A stretch of 64,000 bases of DNA from Octopus vulgaris (Eukaryota). This document shows, in pieces, positions 1 through 14,800 of the stretch (positions within the stretch are counted from its first letter, which is position 1; each line of letters starts with the position of its first letter). Below the pieces are notes generated by a model. The model made no database searches and was not told the origin of the DNA. It saw only the letters and a list, made by a program, of their open reading frames with translations. The translations under genes were made by a program, and so were the position numbers. Where the stretch lies: the NCBI GenBank assembly GCA_951406725.2, contig OX597814.1:1178001-1242000 (forward strand), read 5' to 3'.

Positions 1-414
1 GGTGGCGACATCTGGAGCCCATATCGAATTTTAAATAAAACCCCATACTAAAAGCTTTCTTCTCATATCCATTTTCTCGTAAAAATTACAATTAATAAAT
101 AATTTATAAGTATTTTAAAATAGGGAGTTACTTTCCAGTTGCCCTGTAGAGAGAATGGACTGGTCCATATTGAGAGGTGTGGAGAGAATGAACTGGTTCT
201 TGTGCAGAGTAGGTGTGAAGAAAATGGATTGGTCTATGTAGAGGGGTGCAAAGAGAGTGGATTAGTCCATATCGAGAGACCGTGTGAAGAGGATGAGCTG
301 ATCCATTTAGAGAGGAATTGTGGAGAGAATGGTAAAAGAGAATGGATTTAGGATCGGACCAGTACATCATTGCAGCAGACTGTTCCAGTGATTGTTATGT
401 ATTATTTGGATAAT

Positions 415-615
415 AGGCAGCAAAAACCTCCCACATTTTACAGGTTAACAAACGTTTTTAACTGCAAACTCTTGGTGTGCCCCAGTTCAAACCATGATGG
501 TGACTGAAAAATAAATGGTAAAACATCAGCTACATGAAGACCCCGTTACATACCATTAACCTCTCTGGCATCAAAACAATGGCTGTGTAAAATAGGGGAG
601 GTTTTTCTGCCGCAC
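415..615. mobile_element. Small MITE with terminal inverted repeats; related copy at about 19277-19478
   Basis: ggcagcaaaaacctcccacatttta at left versus taaaataggggaggtttttctgccg at right; the interior is shared with 19340-19476. Confidence 0.55.
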
Positions 616-675
616 TCTCTCTCTTCTGCTATTCTTACCATTATCATGGCCCTTTCAACAAACCCCTCCACAGGT

Positions 676-749
676 ACTACTACCATCACCACCATCCCCA
701 TCACAACTGCCTTGCCTACCATCCTCGCCACCAATCATCACTACCACCA

Positions 750-796
<47 letters not shown>

Positions 797-877
797 TCAC
801 CATCCCCATCACAACTGCCTCGCCTACCATCCTCACCACCAATCATCAGCACTACCACCACCACCACCACCACCACT
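676..877. repeat. (CAC)n/(TAC)n microsatellites with a roughly 65-bp internal direct duplication
   Basis: ccatccccatcacaactgcc..gcctaccatcctc.ccaccaatcatca occurs twice around a (tac)n run. Confidence 0.85.
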
Positions 878-919
878 GTATATGAACTACCACTGTGGCT
901 TTATTTTATATAATTACAG

Positions 920-1147
920 GTATTTGAAAAGTGCCGGCTCCCTTCAGATGACAGCGATCAGGGATTGAACTTGTTACAGATGCGGCAAGACATGGAAAAA
1001 CTGCAGGCGTCAGCCCTAAACCTTCTGTTCCAAATGATCAAACAAGTACCGTCAATGTGTCTGCAGTATATGGAATCTCAAGGAGATCGGATGATTTCCA
1101 GAGTCTTGGAAACTTCAAGAAGTTTAATTTCTTTCCGTATTTTAAAG
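920..1147 (+). CDS. LYST: LYST exon 1 (window numbering)
   Basis: ttacag|GTATTT...TTAAAG|gta; VFEKCRLP...LISFRILK; phase 0/0. Confidence 0.85.
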
Positions 1148-1831
1148 GTAATTAGCTTAATGGGTTTTAATTAATTTGTTAATTAGTTCTTCTGGTGAAA
1201 GTGGTGCTTATTTAACCCTTGGTTAGGCCTCAATGAGCAGGCTTTGATCAGATACATTCCAGCAGTGACCATCATGTCCTTTGGATCAGACATTGTTTAT
1301 CTGGTACCAAGATATCTAATGTAACCTCCCTCTCATTAAGATGATAGAAAGTGATATAAAGGAAATTTGACTGCCATTTCTAGCAGGTTGGGTGGTTGCA
1401 TAATCTTGTGGGTTTTTTAGCCCCTGGTTAGCCTTTTATGACCGCCACAAGATCCAGTCCTTGTTGTGATATGATGACTGGCATGCTTCAGTGACCTAGA
1501 GAGCCATGCTATGGGAGTGCAGGTCTCTGGTAGGGGTCGCCCATGCTGGACAAGTCAAAGATTAGGGGCCAGACCAATATGGACCACATCTTCTGAGAGT
1601 TTTTGTATAGAGCCAATATCCCCTACCTAGACAATTCAAAGGCAGCAAGGCCTGGTAGATGAGGGGCTTCTCTAAGTGGGAGGCGAGGGTTCTGGGGCAG
1701 AACCGGAAAAGGCTGGATTCAGCTGGAAAGAAGCAGAAAAGATAGCTTAGAGTTGAAGACAGTGGAGAAAGTTGTTGATGGATTATGCTCCACAGGGATC
1801 GAAGGGCTTAAGTACCCCCTTTCAGAAGACC

Positions 1832-1867
<36 letters not shown>

Positions 1868-3199
1868 CGTGGCTGTGTGGTAAGAAGCTTGCTTCCCAAC
1901 CACATGGTTCCAGGTTCATTCCCACTGCATGGCACTTTGGGCAAGTGTCTTCTACTATAGCCTTGGGCTGACCAAAGCCTTGTGAGTAGATTTGGTAGAT
2001 GGAAACTGAAAGAAGCCTATTGTATATATATGGATATATTTATGTGTGTGTGTGTTTCTGTCTGTCCCCTGCCCTGCTGCCACCACCATTGCTTGACAAC
2101 CAATGTTGGTGTGTTTACATCCCCGTAACATATCGGTTTGGCAAAAGAAACCAATAGAATAAGTACCAGGCTTACAAAGAATAAGTCCTGGGGGTCAATT
2201 GTTCGACTAAAGGCAGTGCTCCAGCATGACCCCAGTCAAATGACCGAAACAAATAGAAGAATAAAATATATATATTTATATTCCCCTTCTTGTACCTCGA
2301 TGGCACCTGCTGACTTCTCATTGCTCCCATCCTTTCTCCCTTTCCAACAGGGGTAGACATGTATTCCCCTCAACACCAAACACCTGTGCTTGTCCCTCTA
2401 TCACACTTTAGCCCCTCAACTACTAGCGTAGCTAGAGTATGTGCTGCCTGGGGTGGCCCTTCCGTTTGCCGCCCTCAGACCCCACAAAAAACACATATTG
2501 CTTACAACATGATGACGAGTGCTGCCCCTTTAAAAGTGCCTTCCAGGGTGAACCACCCTTACCCCTGCCTGCTATGCTAGTGCTCTCAACACCTGACATA
2601 AAGCCACCTCTCTCAGTTCTACTCTTTCAAAGAGCCTTGGCTGGTGATTTGCTTGATCTCACTGGTGCTAATGCTTCAAAAGAAGTACTCAATACAGTAC
2701 AAAATGTTACAAATTGCATCCATCCAAAGAAATCCTGTCAAAGCAGACCTTGGAGCATTAAGTGGTCCTTCAACTCATTGGATCCTGTCCAACCCAAACC
2801 TGCAGGGAAAGTGGTCATTAAATGGTAAATGATGATGATGAGGAGGATAATTTCAACTTGTACATCTTCTAATTGTTCAATGTAGGTGCTACTGGATGCT
2901 GCCACCACAGAATCCGTGATGAGATTCGATTCTCAGTTAAACACTTACATCATAAAAGAGCAAACGTTGGCCATTGTCCAGAATATGTCTGTTATTGAGA
3001 ATCTTCTACTGAGGTGGAGAATTTGGACCAGAGGTCCGTCGTCTGTGATGGAATTACTCTTCAAAGCCCTTGAGTGTTTGGTCAGAGATGACCATCCACA
3101 TCAAATGTTCAACATTAAACAATATCAAGCTGGAAACTTTGTACAACGAGTTTTTCTTATGTATCAGGTGAGTAGAAACTTCTTTCAGGTGTTAGTATG

Positions 3200-3235
<36 letters not shown>

Positions 3236-6200
3236 ATGCATACATGCAAAAGTATGAGCTTGTGTGTTTATGACAGAGAGAGACAGACAGACAGACAACT
3301 ATTTCAAGTAATATAATGAACTAGCAGTATCGCCCAGCGTTGCTCGGGTTTGTAAGGGAAATAATTATATAAGCATTTTTAGAGAGTTACTTCCCTTATA
3401 TAACCCGAGCAAAAATCATTAAAAATGTGGAAAAATGATGGTAAATTTTATTTTAAATCGTAGACTCATCGTAGACGCGTGCTAATACTCAGAAGGGCTC
3501 GATATGAATAACAACTATAAGATACCCACTTTTGGTTAAACTGCACCGCAAAATGTGGGAGTAGTTAGGAATCTAAATCGGAGGAGACAGAGTCTCGCAC
3601 ACACAACTTCAATTTTATATATAAAGATGTCTGTATGTCTGTGTGTCTTGTCATTAACTTCATCAAAAGGATTAATGTCCATTTTTTCCAATTCTGTTCT
3701 GAATTTTACAGGTTTGTAGTATATTCTCTGTCTGTCTGTCTGTCTCTCTTTACTATGTTCCTCCTTTAATTTCTTTGAGATTCAGCCTCAACCATTTTGT
3801 CTGGATCTGTACCAATCATACAAGTGAGATTGTTCATTTCCAGTCTTCTGTGGAAAAACATGCCAGACCGTGGAGAGATATCACCTTTCTTGGAAACAGG
3901 TGAGGGTTAGTGACAGGAAGGGCATCCAGCTGTCAAAAATTTGCTTTGAGTCAAGTGAAATTGTTGTTGTGGCTGATGCCAGTGCTGCCTGACTGGCACC
4001 CGTGCTGGTGGCACAGAAAATGCTCCATTTGAGCATGCCTGATACCAGTGCTAGTGGCATGTAAAAGGCACCATTTGAGTGTGGTCAATGCCAGTGTCAC
4101 TTGACTGGCTTCCGTGCCAGTGGCACATGAAAAGCACCATTTGAGTGTGGTTGATGCCAGTGCCACCTGACTGGCCCTCGTGCCAGTGGCACATAGAAAG
4201 CACCCACTAAACTCTCGGAGTGGTTGGCATTAGGAAGGGCATCTAGCTGTAGAAATTTTGCCAGGTCAGATTGGAGCCTGGTGCAGCCTTCTGGCTCTCC
4301 AGTCCTCACTCAAACCGTCCAACCCATGCCAGCATGGAAAGTGGACGTTAAATGATGAAGATGATGATGATATTAACAGATAGCATTAGGACGTGTGATT
4401 GTGAAGGTCCCACCATTGGCTGTTTTCTTACATTTCCACCAGTGTTTGTCACTACATCTTTAACATTTCATTTTCTTGTCTGTTCGTCCACAGGAATTAG
4501 TGCGAGAACATGAACCAGTGCCATCGGCAACAATCAGCAGTTCCATTGTTGCAATCATTCAGAAAATGGTTGGTTCTCCCCCAGACTCTCACCTCATAGT
4601 AGCTGTCTGTGATTTTCTGTTGTTGATGCACCCTGCTGCTGACACCTACATAAACTATGCAAGATCCGGCTTCTACTTCAGTTGCTGGTGGGGTAAGTTC
4701 TACGTTTTATATAACTTCTCTCATTTTCTTAAGACTTTCTTCTCTTCAGTGTGTGTGTGTGTTTTACATCCAGTTGACAATTATGGAATGCCCTGTGCTT
4801 GGTTGGTTGTGTGGTTAGGGATCTTAGTAAACCTCTGTAGTCATAACTGTGTTGTCACATGTCAGACATACTTCCATCTGCAGCAGCCTATCTCTTACCC
4901 GAATTAAGTTACATGCCTTTGATAGAATTTTTAATTAACCTAATTATCTTATGTACTAACTACCACTGTAATTTTAATTAATTAATCCATTCATTCATTC
5001 TTGGCTTGTTTCATTAAGTGGCTACTTTATTGCAAACTGAGAGTTTGGTGCAGTTCTATAGCGGTTAAGAGTGCAGGCTACTAACCCCAAGAATCCAAGT
5101 TCGATGCCAGGCAGTGACCTGGACAATAATAATAATAATAACAACAACAACAACAAGATTGAAAAATACCTTAGGAATGAGAACCCAGGTTCAAAATTTC
5201 CCCAAGACACCTGATGAAGGCTGGAGGGTATATCAGCCGAAACATGTTAACAACAAACAAGATGAGGACAAATATCCGTCAAATATTGCGAATGTTTGGT
5301 GGTTCAAACTTCCACCCATCCACTCACATCTTCATCCTTCCCCATTCATTTCTGTTCACCTTGCACTTTGAAGGCCCACACAGATGCCTCATTGTTGCTA
5401 GTTTTAGCCCTTCCCTCTTCCACTCCAATCATCCTTTCACCCTCTCTTCTAAAATTTGTGAGTTGCCACGTGGCCTGTCTACAGCAAGAAACTTGTCCCG
5501 CTCTGGCCCCAACTCTCATATCTTAACCCTTCATCTCCCAGCATAAAGGCACCCCTCTTGGGGTTCCTACTCTTGCCAGCTGCATGGTGGATTCACTAAT
5601 GCTGATGGCATGAAGAAAGCATCCAGCACCCTCTATAAAACAGTTGGCATTAGGAAGGGCTGCCAGCTGTGGTAACCATGCCAAAGTAGACAGCCCAACC
5701 CATGCCACCATGGGACAGGGACAGTAAATGAGGGAGGTGATGTATTCTGTCCTCAGCTGAAATATTTAGCTGTTAAATTGCTCAGTCCATCTAGCTGTAA
5801 AGAGGTACCACACAAGAGGGAAACAACTTACAGAATCAGTTTATGTAAAATTGACAAGTTAGTTTTTGTTGTTGTTTGGCCCCAATTGAGCAAACTTATG
5901 TTCAAAGACATTCCAGCCATGACCCTCTATCCATTTAGGAGTATCTAGGATTACATTACCTAATACCATCATTCTTGTGTTTAAGATGACAGGGTGTGTG
6001 ATTCAAGAGATATTTGGCTACTATTTCTTGCTGGTCAAGTAATGCCATAGCGGATCCACAAATAGTGAAGTCACTGCTAAATTAATGAGCCAAACATCAT
6101 CGTTAAAAATGTCAAACAATTTTAATTAATTATAATTTCACATGTGGACACAGGTGTGGCTGCACAAGAAGAAGTTTGCTTTCCAACCACATGGTTCTGG

Positions 6201-9200
6201 GTTCAATCCCAATGTGTGACGCCTTGGGCAAGTGTCTTCTGATTATAGCCTTGGGCTGATCAAAGTCCCTTGTTAGTGGATTTGGTAGACAGAAACTGAA
6301 AGAAGCCTATTGTGTGTGTGTGTGTGTGTATTTGTGTGTGTGCATGTGTGTTTGTGTGTGTGTGTGTGTGTCTTTGTGTTTGACCCCTACCACCACCACC
6401 ACCACCACTGCTTGACAGCTGGTGTTAGTTTATGTCCCATTAGCTTAGTGGTTCAGCAAAAGAGACTGATAAAAAAAAATAATACATACCAGGGTTGATT
6501 TGTTTGACTAAAAATTCTTCGAGGCAGTGCTCCAGCATGACCACAGCCTAATGACAGAAACAAGAAAAAGATTTTTAAAAAATGTAAAGGATGTAACGAA
6601 GCAAAAAACTAATCAATCAGTTTCAATTATATTTCTGACTCATTACATCAATTTATTTCTCCTGCAGAGAGCGTCCCTGGGTAACCTCAGTTATTTTAAA
6701 TCGTTAATTAGTACTACTGAGTTCAGTTATTAACTGTGGGGATGGGTGGGGGGCAGGCAGTCAATCTGATGGTCATTACAATATTATGTAGTACCACTGA
6801 AGTGTTGCTTGGTATCACTCCAGTATTGTGTGGTGCCACCGTGGTACCGTGTGATCTGGTTGCAATCTTCTGTGGCACCACTGCACCCTTGTCTTGTACT
6901 ACAGCATCGTTGTATTGTTCCACTGTAAGTTTGAGTGATACCACTGCCATAATGGTGGAAAGAATACCATGGAGAGCTGGCAGAAACGTTAGCACGCCAG
7001 GCGAAATGCGTAGCCGTATTTCGTCTGCCGTTACGTTCTGAGTTCAAATTCCACCAAGGTCGACTTTGCCTTTAAATCTTTCGGGGTGGATAAATTAAGT
7101 ACCAGTAACGCATTGGGGTTGATATAATCAACTTAATCCCTTTGTCTGTCCTTGTTTGTCCTCTCTGTGTTTAGCCCCTTGTGGGCAGTAAAGAAATAGG
7201 TAATACCATGGCAGTGGTGTTTGTGGTGGTGATGGTGTTGACTTTAGTGTTGTGATGGGTTTGTAATGTTATGGTGGTTGGAGTGTGAGAATAACGACTG
7301 TAGTAGGGAAACATGGTTGTATTTCCCCTTGCACCATTGTCATCTGTCTGTCTGTTTGTCTCTCAGGTGTACCTGGCACTCCCATTGCTAGGAGAATCAG
7401 CAGGAAGAATAGGACAATTGATCAAGTGAGACTGGCCAGTCTTGGTGATTATGACAATGAACCTGAAGGAACCAGAAAAGGTAAGGCATTCCCAAACTGT
7501 TTTATTTTAAGGTGGCAAGCTGGCAGAATCGTTAGCACGCCGGGCAAAATGCATAGCCATATTTCGTCTGCCGTTACGTTCTGAGTTCAAATTCTGCCGA
7601 GGTCGACTTTGCCTTTCATCCTTTCGGGGTCGATAGATTAAGTACCAATTACGCACTGGGATCAATGTAATCAACTTAATCCATTTGTCTGTCCTTGTTT
7701 GTCCCCTCTGTGTTTAGCCCCTTGTGGGTAGTAAAGAAATAGGTATTTCGTCTCCCGTTACGTTCTGAGTTCAAATTCCACCGAGGTCGACTTTGCCTTT
7801 CATCCTTTCGGGGTCGATAAATTAAGTACCAGTTATGAACTGGGATCAATGTCTTAATTCGTTTGTTTGTCCTTGTTTGTCCTCTCTGTTTTTAGCCCCT
7901 TGTGGGTAGTAAAGAAATAGGTACGGTGTATCTTGGACAATATTGTCCAATGTGTTCTTCATTCATTCATTTTTATATTAAATGGTAAGGTATGATTCAA
8001 GGGATATTTGGCTGCTACTTTTAATAATTTGAACAACCACATTGAGGTATTCAGTTGTCTGTATCCTTCCTTTAAGATAGTACTTCATGGTGTGACCCTT
8101 TCGTTACTGTATTTATTTTGAGATGCTCTGTGTTTCTTTCAATTAATTTTAAATATGACAAAGAATTTAGTAAAATAACTTAGTTATCATTAAGCTAGTG
8201 ATAGGAACATAAATTTTGACTAAGGTTTGGTGGAAGATTTTAATTGAAAACTTATGGAAACAAAACATTTGTACTACAGAGCCAGAGGTGGTTTTAGCCA
8301 GGTCAGTATGAAATGGGTTAAATTAATCATTTGTTAACCCCTTTGTTGCCATATTTCTGTTGAGATGTTCTGCGTTTCTTTCAATTACTTTAAATATAAC
8401 AAAGAATTTAGTAAAATGACTTAGTTATCATTAAGCTAGTGTTAGGAACATAAATTGTGACTAAGGTTTGGTGGAAAATTTTAATTCAGAACTTATGAAA
8501 ACAAGACCTTTGTACACAGAGCCAGAGGCAGTTTCAGGCTGGTTGGTATCAAAAGAGTTAAAGGAGATTTGGCTGCTATTTCTTGTAAGTCAAGTGACCA
8601 TATAGAAGCAATAATTGCCTTAAGATGTATTTCTCACAGTGGTGAGCTGGCAGAAACGTTAGCACACCGGGCGAAATACTTAGCGGTATTTCGTCTGTTG
8701 CTACGTTTGTCTGTCCTTGTATGTCCCCTCTGTGTTTAGCCCCTTGTGGGCAGTAAAAAAATAGGTATTTTGTCTGTCTTTATGTTCTGGGTTCAAATTC
8801 TGCTGAGGTCAACTTTGCCTTTTATCCTTTCGGGGTCGATTAAATAAGTACCAGTTATGCACTGGGGTCGATGTAATCGACTTAATCCGTTTGTCTGTCC
8901 TTGTTTGTCCCCTCTGTGTTTAGCCCCTTGTGGGTAGTAAAAAAATAGGTATTTCGTCTGCCGCTACGTGCTGAGTTCAAATTCTGCTGAGGTCAACTTT
9001 GCCTTTCATCCTTTCGGGGTCGATTAAATAGGTACCAGTTATGCACTGGGGTCGATGTAATCGACTTAATCCGTTTGTCTGTCCTTGTTTTTCCCCTCTG
9101 TGTTTAGTCCCCTGTGGGCAATAATTGCCATAGTTTGTATTTCTCACTGAAATGACTATTGTGGTATTGTTTTTTGTGATGATGATGAAGATGTTTTGTT

Positions 9201-11800
9201 TGTTTCCAGGCCTCTTCCGAACGGTGTCTTTTGTATCATCTAACAAGCCTGTGTATGATCGACAGATCGGGATGAACCGACCTCGTTCCGCTTCATATCC
9301 AAGCAATAATGAATTAAGAGGATGGAAGACACAAAAGGATAAACAGAATTATGCCGAACAGTTCCAAGACGGTAAAAAGCTTTCCTCAAAGATTCACTCG
9401 CAAAGCGAGAAAACACCGGATTCTTGTGGAACGGAAAACAGTTTCAACGAAGCAGACAGCAACGATATTAATGATAATTCTGCCTGCAGTTCGGGAAAGT
9501 CTGCTGCCAGTGCCGTTGATGGCAACCTCTCCCAAAAACTGAGTTCAATCGACCAAGACAACAGTAGCAGTCTCTGTCGTCGACCCCTTTATTCTCTGTC
9601 TGAATCTATGTCCCCTACAAGCTGTGATATTGGTAGTTCTTTGGATTCTGATGATGATGATGACGATGATGATGTGTATGAAAGTGAAGATCATGAGACT
9701 ACAGAGAAGGGTCTTGTAGTCCTCTGTGCTGGTATGGCCCTTTTTTTTTTGTTTTTATTTTCATCTGTTTTGTGTTTGTGTTCTTAAGATGTGACATTTT
9801 CATTTTGTAGCTTATCTGAGCATTGACACACCAAAGTTTTCACACCTAGCTGTTGGCTTTGTAGAAACCTACAAAATTATACACCGTCTTTCCAACAACA
9901 ACTTTGGCCATTTTTTAAAATTCAATATCTCTACCATTCATGTCCTGCCTATAAAATCCTATAAAATCCCAAAAAGACCTTAAAAAACAATGCAATTCCC
10001 TTGACTTGATTTCAGAAACGGTTTTTCACACTTGGAACTGTCAAAGCATGAAATAAACTGTGTCAGTTGTTAGTTTTCGGGACCACTACATCCGTCAAAA
10101 CTTCCATGCTCCCAGAAATTCACCAGCGCTCATTCCTTACATGCCCACCCACCCTTTCCTCTTTATGGCTCTTTTTACTGTTCATGTTTCTGTCTTTTTG
10201 TATTTTTATTCTGTCTTCTGTACAAATACTTCTTGCTTCCGTTGCAGTCTTTCCTTACTCGACTTCTATGGTGGCTTTTAGCCCCACTTTTTTAACCCCT
10301 TTTCCAACAGGTTGTAGGAACACCTGAGCACCGAATGTAATAAACTAATTATTATTGTAATTACTTGCCTTAAATTCTGTTGTTGTTATTGGTGATGATG
10401 GTTGTTATTAAACAACAAGATGGGTAAGGGTGATTAGGTGATGGTCTAGGGCTTAGGGGCGGGAAACCCCAGATCTTGAAAAAAAAGAAGAAAACTTTGG
10501 TCGTCTTGTTGTAGTCGAGGGCTCTTCATTGATGCCCGACACCACTGGGAGGTGGCCCTCGAAGTCGCTGGAAATGGAGATCTCCAGGTCCAAATTCTTG
10601 AACGGCTGATGATGGTTGTGGTATTGGTGCTTGTAGTAGTGGTGGTTGTTGCAGTGGTCTGGTGCGATTGTAGTGATGCTGATGGTGGTGATGGTAGCCA
10701 TGATATTGGTGGTACTGGTGCAAGTGGAGATGGTGGTGTTTAACCTTTAGCCTTTGGAGGAGATCTTTGACCAAAGGCATTCAAGCTGGAATTATCCAGT
10801 TGATTTTTTTTTTTTACAAGAACACATCGTCTAATTTGCCTTCTTTAGATATCATACACTTGACTGCTATTTCTTGCTGGTCAAGCAACCATATAATGGC
10901 TTCCTTGTGAAGCTTGTGAAGAAGTTGGTGCATAGTCTGTTAGTTCAGAAGAGCAGAAGCTGTTGTAGTAGTAGTGGTAGAAAGAGACAGAGAGGACAGA
11001 GGACATTGGTGTGCTAATGGTTGTTGTGTTGACTTACCAATCAATGAAATCATCTACCTTTCCTCATGTGTCTTCTTTTAAGACCACACCACTGGTGCTG
11101 GTGCCACGTAAAAAGCACCCAGTACACTCTGTGAGGTGGTCAGCATCAGGAAAGTCAGCCAGCTACAGAAACCATGCCAAAGCAGACAAAGGAACCTGGT
11201 ATGACCCCTGGCCTTGCCAGCCCCTGTCAAACCGTCCAACCCATGCTCACATGGAAAACGAACATTAAATGATGATGATGATGATGATTGTTTGTTGAGC
11301 GAAGCGGTCTTCGTCCCAGTAGTGGGAGAAGTCCGAAACGTGGTCCTTTGCTATTTGTAAGACCCTCAGAAGAGAAAGCAGGTCAACCCCCGACACCGAG
11401 AGCTTCGACGGATGGATGAATGCGCATCCAGGCTCAGCGGTTGCATAGGAAGTTGGGGACCAGAAACAGGAAGAAAGAGTGAGAGAAAGTTGGGGATGAA
11501 AGAGTACAACAGGGGTCGCCACCATCCCCTGCTGGAGCCTCGTAGAGCTTTAGGTGTTTTCGCTCAATGAACACACACAACGCCCGGCCTGGGAATCGAA
11601 ACCGCAATCCTCCGACTGCGAGTCCACTGCCTTAACCACTGGGCCATTGCGCCTCCTTTTGATGATGCTGATGATCAGGATGTAATGTAGTCTTTAAAAA
11701 AATCCTCAATGCTGATTAGCTCTGGATACACATACCATATCTTCTCACTCCCATCACATGACTGTCTGGGTGAGTCATATGATGAATGTGAGAAGATGTG

Positions 11801-11837
<37 letters not shown>

Positions 11838-14800
11838 GCATGACTGTGCTATAGAGGTTGTGTGGTGGTGTGGACATAGTGGCTGTAGTAATAATAGTGG
11901 GGTAGTGTTATAGCTGTAATGGTGGTGGCTGTAGGCATGTGGATGTGGTAGTGTTGTGACTGTGGTAGTAGTTATAGTGGAGAGGTTGTGAATGCCGTAG
12001 GTGTGGTGGTGGTGGTTTTGGTGGTGGCATGGTTGCTGTAGTAGTGTTATGGTGTTCATTGAACCATTGCTTCCTAAACTACCAATTTTTCTTATATTTC
12101 CAGGTTTACTAGAACTAATGTGTTCGACATTAATTGTCTTTGATGAAACCCAATTAGACAAGCTTCTCTTTAATGTTATTAATGCAAGAGTCCTCATTGT
12201 TCTGGCACACAACAGTTCCGCAGAGATTAGGGCCCTCGTCATTCGGGTAAGTCAAGGTTTTCGGTCCACATCATCTTTTAAATGAAATACTTTTCTATCA
12301 CCTGGCCATATGGTTGAGAAGCTTGCTTCCCGATCATAAGGGCTTGGGTTCAGTCCTTTTGTGTGGCACCTTGGCACATGTCTTCTACTACAGCTCCAGA
12401 CTGACCAAAGTCTTGTGAGTGAATTTGGTAAAGAGAAACTGAAAGAAGATTGTTGTACATGTGCCTCGTATGCCTCTTAACCCATATGTGCCATCAGTCG
12501 CTGATATTGGTTTCAAATTTTTACACAATGCCAGCAATTTCTCAGTGCCTAACTGGTACTTATTTTATTGACCTCAAAAGGATGAAAAACAAAGTTGATC
12601 ATGGCACAATTTGAACTCAGATACCACTAAGCATTTTGTTCAACATGCTAACAATTCTGCCAGCTTGCTCCCTTAATCAGTCGCTAATATTGACTGGTTT
12701 CATATAAAGAAAGCTTTGTTTTCAGGCCAGAGTTACCTCTCTTTGGTATCTGGTGCTGAAGAGAACTAAAGAGTTCAAAATGCATCCATCAGTCCAATAA
12801 AGGTCATTTTTCAAGGACTGCTTATTCTCATTGTGTCCTTCCTGTTTTAACCCTTTTGACATCAACCTACCTGAGACAACCCCTCATTCTATAACACAAA
12901 TTTCCTGTTCTAAAACCATCTAAATTAAAATCTTGTTCCATCAAAATTTCCCGTTAACTTGTGTTCCAAACTTCAGGTTAATAACAACAAATGCTATTTT
13001 ACCAAGTTCTTCATTACTTTCAAAATAAATTGAAAATAAAGGCAATGTATATCAACAGGAATACGGTAAAGAAAGGGTTAGGATGGTAAGGGGTGTGATA
13101 TGGGGGAAATTTGACTGCTATTTCTAGCAGGCTGTGATATTTTAGAGAGCTCTTTGTTGTTGTTGCTGTTATCATTGCTGTTGTTGTTATTGTTGTCTTT
13201 TTCTGCAGCTCCTTGATATCTACCTCCAACGATGTCGCAACAACCATGTTGAAGTCTTCCTTAAGCTAAATGGTTTCCATCTGCTAGCAACTCAACTTTA
13301 CCATTACCAGTCAGAGAAATCTCTGGTAGAGATGGCCTTCTCAATAATGCTTGCCAAGCAATTCACTATGGACGAAGGGTAAGTCCTTCTCTCTCTCTCT
13401 CTTTTGATTTCTTCAGGCAGGTTACTTCTACATGTAATTCTGGCAGAAGTAAGACTCTGTGTGTAAAGGAAAATCCTGAGTAGTGAAGATTTAAGTCACA
13501 AACTATTGATATAAATATATATACATACACACAAATTTAGCGGAATGACCACCAAATTCGACTCCTAATATGCTAAACATAGATGTCAAATCGCCATTAC
13601 CACGAAGAATGTGTTCTCAAGAAAAATCTCAGCAAACCACCAGAATGTAAAAATGAAGAAGACAAATGAAAATATATGAAATAAAAAGTGTTTACCTACC
13701 ACCAATCATTTTGTTCGTTAATATTTACGAATGTAAATACCTGAAAACTCATCAGCATATTTTGTTTTATTTCGTATATTTTCATTTGTTTTGCTCATTT
13801 TTACATTCTGGCGATTTTGCTGAAATTTTTCTTGAGAACACATTCTACATGGTAAGGCAATTTGACGTCTATCTCTAGCATATTAGGAATCCACTTTGGT
13901 GGTCATTCCTCTTATTAATTGTAATATAATTTTTAAATCTTCAGATTTTTTAAATATGCTAGGCCACTGGTTTTAATTGATTAATATCAATTTCTACCCT
14001 CATTATTTAATTTATATATTTATATATATATATATATATCTCTATATATAAACGGCAGTTTGTCTGTCTCTGTGTCTGTCAGGTTGTACCCTCACCCTGA
14101 CCACGGCTTTCAACCGATTCTGATGAAACTTGACACACACACATAGCCCAATGTCATAATTCAAAACTAACGCAGCGAAAATTTTGAAAAGTTCCCCCAG
14201 TTCTGAAAAAAATCGATAAATTCGACATGGGGTCGAGAATCTACGCTTTTTATATGCAACACATTTTCTGTTGTAGTTTTCACAAATTGCAATCGATTTT
14301 CACCAAACTCATGGTGAAGCTTAATGTTACCCTAAGAAACCTAATTCTGATGTTAGTTTTCCATGCAATACCTTACCATCAGAAAAAATCGATAAAATCA
14401 TGCCATTTTGGGAAATCGCGTTCAAATTCAAGATGACATATTTTCAACAATATCTTTCACAAATTGGCAGGAATTTTTTTTAAAATTCACAGCGAGCATC
14501 ATGTCTGCTCCAAGGAGCTATATGGCCCTTTTTATTCCAATAGGATACTTTATTACTGGAAAAAATCGGTTAATTAAATCATATGTGGCACACATAGCAA
14601 ACCGATTTGTGTATTAAACACAAACCACAGACTGTCTAGGGGACGCAACTCGACCTTTTTAACTCTCTTACACTCCCAAATAAATATCAAACAGCTATCG
14701 ATAATTCAACCCAACCAATTCCTATCAGGAAAAAATTACATTCGAGACTTTATCCCCAACACCGCCACTTCTGCTAATAGCTGCTGCAGCCACAAGTTAT

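Noticed and set aside
6723-7047. ORFs with 7-aa periodicity
   Set aside because: Product of the 21-bp minisatellite plus a SINE head; no splice sites fitting the LYST frame.
9870-10345. Possible GIY-YIG remnant (LELSKH)
   Set aside because: The match is too short and flanked by stops; needs a profile search.
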